A stretch of DNA of 64,000 nt from Eledone cirrhosa. Taxonomy: Eukaryota. Below are positions 58,301-64,000 of this stretch, piece after piece. The DNA lies in contig OZ024744.1 in assembly GCA_964016885.1 (NCBI GenBank), positions 129,704,001 through 129,768,000 on the forward strand, read 5' to 3'. A model generated the notes under the pieces. The model did no database searches and had not been told where the DNA came from. It was given only the letters and a program-made list of their open reading frames with translations. The position numbers were made by a program, and so were the translations under genes. Position 1 is the first letter of the stretch. Every line of letters starts with the position of its first letter.

Positions 58301-61300
58301 GTGGTTAAGTTAAGTTGGGGTTAAGTTAAGTTGGGGTTAAGTTAAGTTGGGGATAAGTTAAGTTGAGGATAAGTTAAGTTGGGGTTAATTAAGTTGGCTT
58401 TAAGTTAAGTTGGGGTTAAGTTAAGTTGGGGTTAAGTTAAGTTGGGGTTAAGTTAAGTTGGTTAGTTAAGTTGAGTTTAAGTTAAGTTGGGGTTAATTTA
58501 AGTTGGGGTTAAGTTAAGTTGGGGTTAAGTTAAGTTTGGGTTAAGTTAAGTTGGGGTTCAGTTAAGTTGGGGTTAAGTTAAGTTGGGGTTAAGTTGGGGT
58601 AAAATTAAGTTGGGGTTAAGTTAAGTTGCGGTTAAGTTAAGTTGAGGTTAAGTTAAGTTGGGGTTAAGTTAAGTTGGGGTTAAGTTAAGTTGGGGCTAAG
58701 TTAAGTTGGAGCTAAGTTAAGTTGGGGCTAAGTTAAGTTGGGGTTAAGTTAAGTTGGGGTTAAGTTAAGGTGGGGTTAAGTTAAATTGGGGTCAACTTAA
58801 GTTGGGGTTAATTTAAGTTGGGGTTAACTTAAGTTGGGGTTAAGTTAAGTTGGGGTTAAGTTAAGTTGGGGTTAAGTTAAGTTGGGGTTACGTTAAGTTG
58901 GGGGTAAGTTAAGTTGGTGGTAAGTTAAGTTGGGGGTAAGTTAAGATGGGGTTAAGTTAAGTTGGGGTTAATTTAATTTGGGTTTAAGTTAAGTTAGGGT
59001 TAAGTTAAGTTGGGGTTGAGTTAAGTTGGGGTTAAGTTAAGTTGGGGTTATGTTAAGTTGGGGTTAAGTTAAGTTGGGGTTAAGTTAAGTTGGGGCTCAA
59101 TTAAGTTGCGGTTAATTTAAGTTGGGGTTAAGTTAAGTTGGGGTTAAGTTAAGTTGGGGTTAAGTTAAGTTGGGGTTAAATTAAGTTGGGGTTAAATTAA
59201 GTTGGGGTTAAGTTAAGTTGGGGTTATGTTAAGTTGGTGTTAAGTTAAGTTGGGGTTAAGTTAAGTTGGGGTTAAGTTAGGTTGGTGTTAATTTAAGTTG
59301 GGGTTAAGTTAAGTTGGGGTTAAGTTAAGTTGGTTAGTTAAGTTGAGTTTAAGTTAAGTTGGGGTTAATTTAAGTTGGGGTTAAGTTAAGTTGGGGTTAA
59401 GTTAAGTTGGGGTTAAGTTAAGTTGGGGTTCAGTTAAGTTGGGGTTAAGTTAAGTTGGGGTTAAGTTAAGTTGCGGTTAAGTTAAGTTGCCGTTAAGTTA
59501 AGTTGAGGTTAAGTTAAGTTGGGGTTAAGTTAAGTTGGGGTTAAGTTAAGTTGGGGCTAAGTTAAGTTGGGGCTAAGTTAAGTTGGGGCTAAATTAAGTT
59601 GGGGTTAAGTTAACTTTGGGTTAAGTTAAGTTGGGTTTGAGTTAAGTTGGGGTTAATTAAGTTGGGGTTAAGTTAAGTTGGGGTTAAGTTAAGTTGGGGT
59701 TAAGTTGGGGTTAAGTTAAGTTGCGGTTAAGTTAAGTTGATGTTAAGTTAAGTTGGGGTTAAGTTAAGTTGGGGTTAAGTTAAGTTGGGGCTAGGTTAAG
59801 TTGGGGTTAATTTAAGTTGGGGTTAAGTTAAGGTGGGGTTAAGTTAAGTTGGGGTCAACTTAAGTTGGGGTTAAGTTAAGTTGGGGTTAACTTAAGTTGG
59901 GGTTAAGTTAAGTTGGGGTTAAGTTAAGTTGGGGTTAAGTTAAGTTGGGGTTACGTTAAGTTGGGGGTAAGTCAAGTTGGTGGTAAGTTAAGTTGGGGGT
60001 AAGTTAAGATGGGGTTAAGTTAAGTTGGGGTTAATTTAATTTGGGGTTAAGTTAAGTTAGGGTTAAGTTAAGTTGGGGTTGAGTTAAGTTGGGGTTAAGT
60101 TAAGTTGGGGTTATGTTAAGTTGGGGTTAAGTTAAGTTGGGGTTAAGTTAAGTTGGGGTTCAATTAAGTTGCGGATAATTTAAGTTGGGGTTAAGTTAAG
60201 TTGGGGTTAAGTTAAGTTGGGGTTAAGTTAAGTTGGGGTTAAATTAAGTTGGGGTTAAATTGAGTTGGGGTTAAGTTAAGTTGGGGTTATGTTAAGTTGG
60301 TGTTAAGTTAAGTTGGGGTTAAGTTAAGTTGGGGTTAAGTTAGGTTGGTGTTAATTTAAGTTGGGGGTAAGTTAAGTTGGGGGTAAGTTAAGTTGGTGTT
60401 AAGTTAAGTTGGGGTTAAGTTAAGTTGGGGTTAAGTTAAGTTGGGTTTAAGTTAAGTTGGGGCTAAGTTAAGTTAGGGCTAAGTTAAGTTGGGGTTAAGT
60501 AAAGTTAGGGCTAAGTTAAGTTGGGGTTAAGTTAAGTTGGGGTTAATTTAAGTTGGGGTTACATTAAGTTGATGTTAAGTTAAGTTGGGGTTAAGTTAAG
60601 TTGGGGTTAAGTTAAGTTGGGGTTAAATTAAGTTGGGGTTAAATTAAGTTGGGGTTAAGTTAAGTTGGGGTTAAGTTAGGTTGGTGTTAAGTTAAGTTGG
60701 GGTTAAGTTAATTTGTGGTTAAGTTAAGTTGGGGTTAAGTTAAGTTGGGGTTAAGTTCAGTCGGGGTTAAGTTAAGTCGGGGTTAAGTTAAGTTGGGGTT
60801 AAGTTAAGTTGCGGTTAAGTTAAGTTGGGGTTAAGTTAAGTTGGGGTTAAGTTAATTAGGGTTAAGTTCAGTTGGGGTTAAGTTAAGTTGGGGTTAAGTT
60901 AAGTTAAGTTAAGTTGGGGCTAAGTTAAGTTAGGGCTAAGTTAAGTTGGGGTTAAGTTAAGTTGGGGTTAATTTAAGTTGGGGTTACATTAAGTTGAGGT
61001 TAAGTTAAGTTGTGGTTAAGTTAAGTTAGGGTTAATTTAAGTTAGGGTTATGTTAAGTTGGGGTTAAGTTAAGTTGGGGTTAAGTTAGGTTGGTGTTAAG
61101 TTAAGTTGGGGTTAAGTTAATTTGTGGTTAAGTTAAGTTGGGGTTAAGTTAAGTTGGGGTTAAGTTCAGTCGGGGTTAAGTTAAGTCGGGGTTAAGTTAA
61201 GTTGGGGTTAAGTTAAGTTGGGGTTAAGTTAAGTTGGGGTTGAGTTAAGTTGGGGTTAAGTTAAGGTGGGGTTAAAATAAGTTGGGGTTAAGTTAAGTTG

Positions 61301-64000
61301 GGGTTGAGTTAAGTTGGGGTTGAGTTAATTTGGGGTTAAGTTAAGTTGGGGTTAACTTAAGTTGGGTTTAATTTAAGTTGGGGTTAATTTAAGTTGGGGT
61401 TAAATTAAGTTGGGGTTAAGTTAAGTTGGGGGTAAGATAAGTTGGGGTTAGTTAAGTTGCGGTTAAGTTAAGTTGGGGTTAAGTTAAGTTGGGGTTAATT
61501 TAAGTTGGGGTTAATTTAAGTTGGGGTTAAGTTAAGTTGGGGTTAATTTAAGTTGGGGTTAATTTAAGTTGGGGTTAAGTTAAGTTGGGGTTAAGTTAAG
61601 TTGGGGTAAAGTTAAGTTGGGGTTAAGTTAAGTTGGGGTTAAGTTAAGTTGGGGTTAAGTTGGGGTTAAGTTAAGTTAGGGTTAACTTAAGTTGGGGTTG
61701 TGTTAAGTGGTGGTTATGTTAAGTGGTGGTTATGTTAAGTTGGGGTTAAGTTAAGTTGGGGTTAAGTTAAATTGGGGTTAAGTTAAGTTGCGGTTAAGTT
61801 AAGTTGGGGTTAAGTTAAGTTGGGGTTAAGTTAATTAGGGTTAAGTTAAGTTGGGGTTAAGTTAAGTTGGGGTTAAGTTAAGTTGGGGTTAAGTTAAGTT
61901 GGGGTTAAGTTAAGTCGGGGTTAAGTTAAGTTATGGTTAAGTTAAGTTGGGGTTAATTTCAGTTGGGGTTAAGTTAAGTTGGGGTTAAGTTAAGTTGGGG
62001 TTAAGTTAAGTTGAGGTTAAAGTTAAGTAGGGGTTAAATTATGTTGGGGTTAAGTTAAGTTGGGGTTAAGTTGAGTTGGGGTTAAGTTAAGTTGGGGATA
62101 AGTTAAGTTGGGGATAAGTTAAGTTGGGGTTAATTAAGTTGGGTTTAAGTTAAGTTGGGGTTAAGTTAAGTTGGGGTTAAGTTAAGTTGGGGTTAAGTTA
62201 AGTTGGTTAGTTAAGTTGAGTTTAAGTTAAGTTGGGCTTAATTTAAGTTGGGGTTAAGTTAAGTTGGGGTTAAGTTAAGTTGGGGTTAAGTTAAGTTGGG
62301 GTTCAGTCAAGTTAAGTTGGGGTTAAGTTGGGGTAAAATTAAGTTAGGGTTAAGTTAAGTTGGGGTTAAGTTAAGTTGGGGTTAAGTTAAGTTGGGGTTA
62401 AGTTAAGTTGCGGTTAAGTTAAGTTGAGGTTAAATTAAGTTGGGGTTAAGTTAAGTTGGGGTTAATTTAAGTTGGGGCTAAGTTAAGTTGGGGCTAAGTT
62501 AAGTTGGGGCTAAGTTAAGTAGGGGTTAAGTTAACTTTGGGTTAAGTTATGTTGGGTTTGAGTTAAGTTGGGGTTAATTAAGTTGGGGTTAAGTTAAGTT
62601 GGGGTTAAGTTAAGTTGGGGTTAAGTTAAGTTGGTGTTAAGTTAAGTTGCGGTTAAGTTAAGTTGATGTTAAGTTAAGTTGGGGTTAAGTTAAGTTGGGG
62701 TTAAGTTAAGTTGGGGCTAAGTTAAGTTGGGGCTAAGTTAAGTTGGGGCTAAGTTAAGTTGGGGTTAAGTTAAGGTGGGGTTAAGTTAAGTTGGGGTCAA
62801 CTTAAGTTGGGGTTAAGTTAAGTTGGGGTTAAGTTAAGTTGGGGTTAAGTTAAGTTGGGGTTACGTTAAGTTGGGGGTAAGTTAAGTTGGTGGTAAGTTA
62901 AGTTGGGGGTAAGTTAAGATGGGGTTAAGTTAAGTTGGGGTTAATTTAATTCGGGGTTAAGTTAAGTTAGGGTTAAGTTAAGTTGGGGTTATGTTAAGTT
63001 GGGGTTAAGTTAAGTTGGGGTTAAGTTAAGTTGGGGTTCAATTAAGTTGCGGTTAATTTAAGTTGGGTTTAAGTTAAGTTGGGGTTAAGTTAAGTTGGGG
63101 TTATGTTAAGTTGGTGTTAAGTTAAGTTGGGGTTAAGTTAAGTTGGGGTTAAGTTAAGTTGGGTTTAAGTTAAGTTGGGTTTAAGTTAAGTTGGGGCTAA
63201 GTTAAGTTAGGGCTAAGTTAAGTTGGGGTTAAGTTAAGTTGGGGTTAATTTAAGTTGGGGTTACATTAAGTTGAGGTTAAGTTAAGTTGTGGTTAAGTTA
63301 AGTTAGGGTTAATTTAAGTTAGGGTTATGTTAAGTTGGGGTTAAGTTAAGTTGGGGTTAAGTTAGGTTGGTGTTAAGTTAAGTTGGGGTTAAGTTAATTT
63401 GTGGTTAAGTTAAGTTGGGGTTAAGTTAAGTTGGGGTTAAGTTCAGTCGGGGTTAAGTTAAGTCGGGGTTAAGTTAAGTTGGGGTTAAGTTAAGTTGGGG
63501 TTAAGTTAAGTTGGGGTTGAGTTAAGTTGGGGTTAAGTTAAGGTGGGGTTAAAATAAGTTGGGGTTAAGTTAAGTTGGGGTTGAGTTAAGTTGGGGTTGA
63601 GTTAATTTGGGGTTAAGTTAAGTTGGGGTTAACTTAAGTTGGGTTTAATTTAAGTTGGGGTTAATTTAAGTTGGGGTTAAATTAAGTTGGGGTTAAGTTA
63701 AGTTGGGGGTAAGATAAGTTGGGGTTAGTTAAGTTGCGGTTAAGTTAAGTTGGGGTTAAGTTAAGTTGGGGTTAATTTAAGTTGGGGTTAATTTAAGTTG
63801 GGGTTAAGTTAAGTTGGGGTTAATTTAAGTTGGGGTTAATTTAAGTTGGGGTTAAGTTAAGTTGGGGTTAAGTTAAGTTGGGGTAAAGTTAAGTTGGGGT
63901 TAAGTTAAGTTAGGGTTAAGTTAAGTTGGGGTTATGTTAAGTTGGGGTTAAGTTAAGTTGGGGTTAAGTTAAGTTGGGGTTCAATTAAGTTGCGGTTAAT
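37338..64000 (+). repeat. 37-kb super-repeat, copy 2 (partial; equals 1-26,631)
   Basis: Same marker order as copy 1. The offset is 37,337 up to ~22,040 and 37,369 afterwards (TGCCG C22121/C59490; AACTT C24317/C61686). The window end TCAATTAAGTTGCGGTTAAT matches sequence ending at 26,631. Confidence 0.95.

Larger units (their letters stand above)
1..64000 (+). repeat. Tandem satellite array of a 16-bp monomer GGGGTTAAGTTAAGTT (reverse complement AACTTAACTTAACCCC), about 4,000 copies, telomere-like G-rich strand
   Basis: The consensus monomer is read directly throughout (e.g. 33-48). Most units are exact or differ by 1-2 substitutions, with occasional 11-, 15-, 17- and 26-bp units. No inversion or non-repeat sequence was seen, and the array runs off both window edges. 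Confidence 0.99.

Noticed and set aside
1-64000. Protein-coding ORFs
   Set aside because: Three monomers translate as GVKLSWG*VKLGLS*V on the + strand. Because 16 is not a multiple of 3, every frame on both strands meets TAA within about 48 bp.
1-64000. Long repetitive ORF under a code where TAA/TAG encode Gln (ciliate-type)
   Set aside because: Frames would be more open, but frequent 1-, 5- and 16-bp indels shift frame freely, TGA arises in common variants, and there is no codon-position pattern or unique flank.
1-64000. CRISPR array or other repeat-spacer system
   Set aside because: There are no unique spacers: variable positions are 1-3-base changes within the same 16-mer, and no leader or cas gene is present.
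1-64000. Variant order as an encoded message or synthetic barcode
   Set aside because: The pattern is explained by point mutation plus nested duplication, and I saw no fixed-length fields or designed sites.
1-64000. Variants as random sequencing error
   Set aside because: Rare variants recur at exact long-range offsets (1,727; 7,811/7,955; 37,337), so they are real inherited differences.
1-64000. Assignment to a named satellite family, a species, or centromeric function
   Set aside because: I do not recognise this 16-mer as a named family and cannot search databases. Higher-order structure alone does not show centromere function; CENH3/CENP-A ChIP would be needed.
1-64000. Canonical TTAGGG or TTAGG telomere tract
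   Set aside because: TTAGGG and TTAGG occur only as isolated single-base variants of the monomer, never as tandem runs.

Overview
All 64,000 bases are one uninterrupted, single-orientation tandem array of a 16-bp monomer, consensus GGGGTTAAGTTAAGTT (about 4,000 copies; GGGGTT + AAGTT + AAGTT; C is almost absent from the + strand). I found no genes, RNA genes, CRISPR array, transposon or unique sequence; TAA stops recur in all six frames. The information lies in the order of variant monomers, which I used as landmarks by eye. They show nested higher-order repeats: runs of 2-3 identical variants, a 250-bp duplication, 1,727-bp and ~2.7-kb duplications, an underlying ~2.3-kb cycle of variant modules, ~6.8-kb and ~7.8-8.0-kb duplications, and a near-perfect 37,337-bp super-repeat (1-26,631 recurs at 37,338-64,000, with only a 32-bp indel and one substitution noticed). 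Shared variants put several of these events in time order. The monomer is telomere-like (TTGGGG plus TTAAG units, one G-rich strand) and fits a long-loop G-quadruplex pattern, so it may be a eukaryotic satellite or a recombination-amplified telomeric/subtelomeric array. Organism, chromosomal location and function cannot be determined from this window. Duplication boundaries are approximate to a few monomers; the quoted offsets come from specific marker bases.
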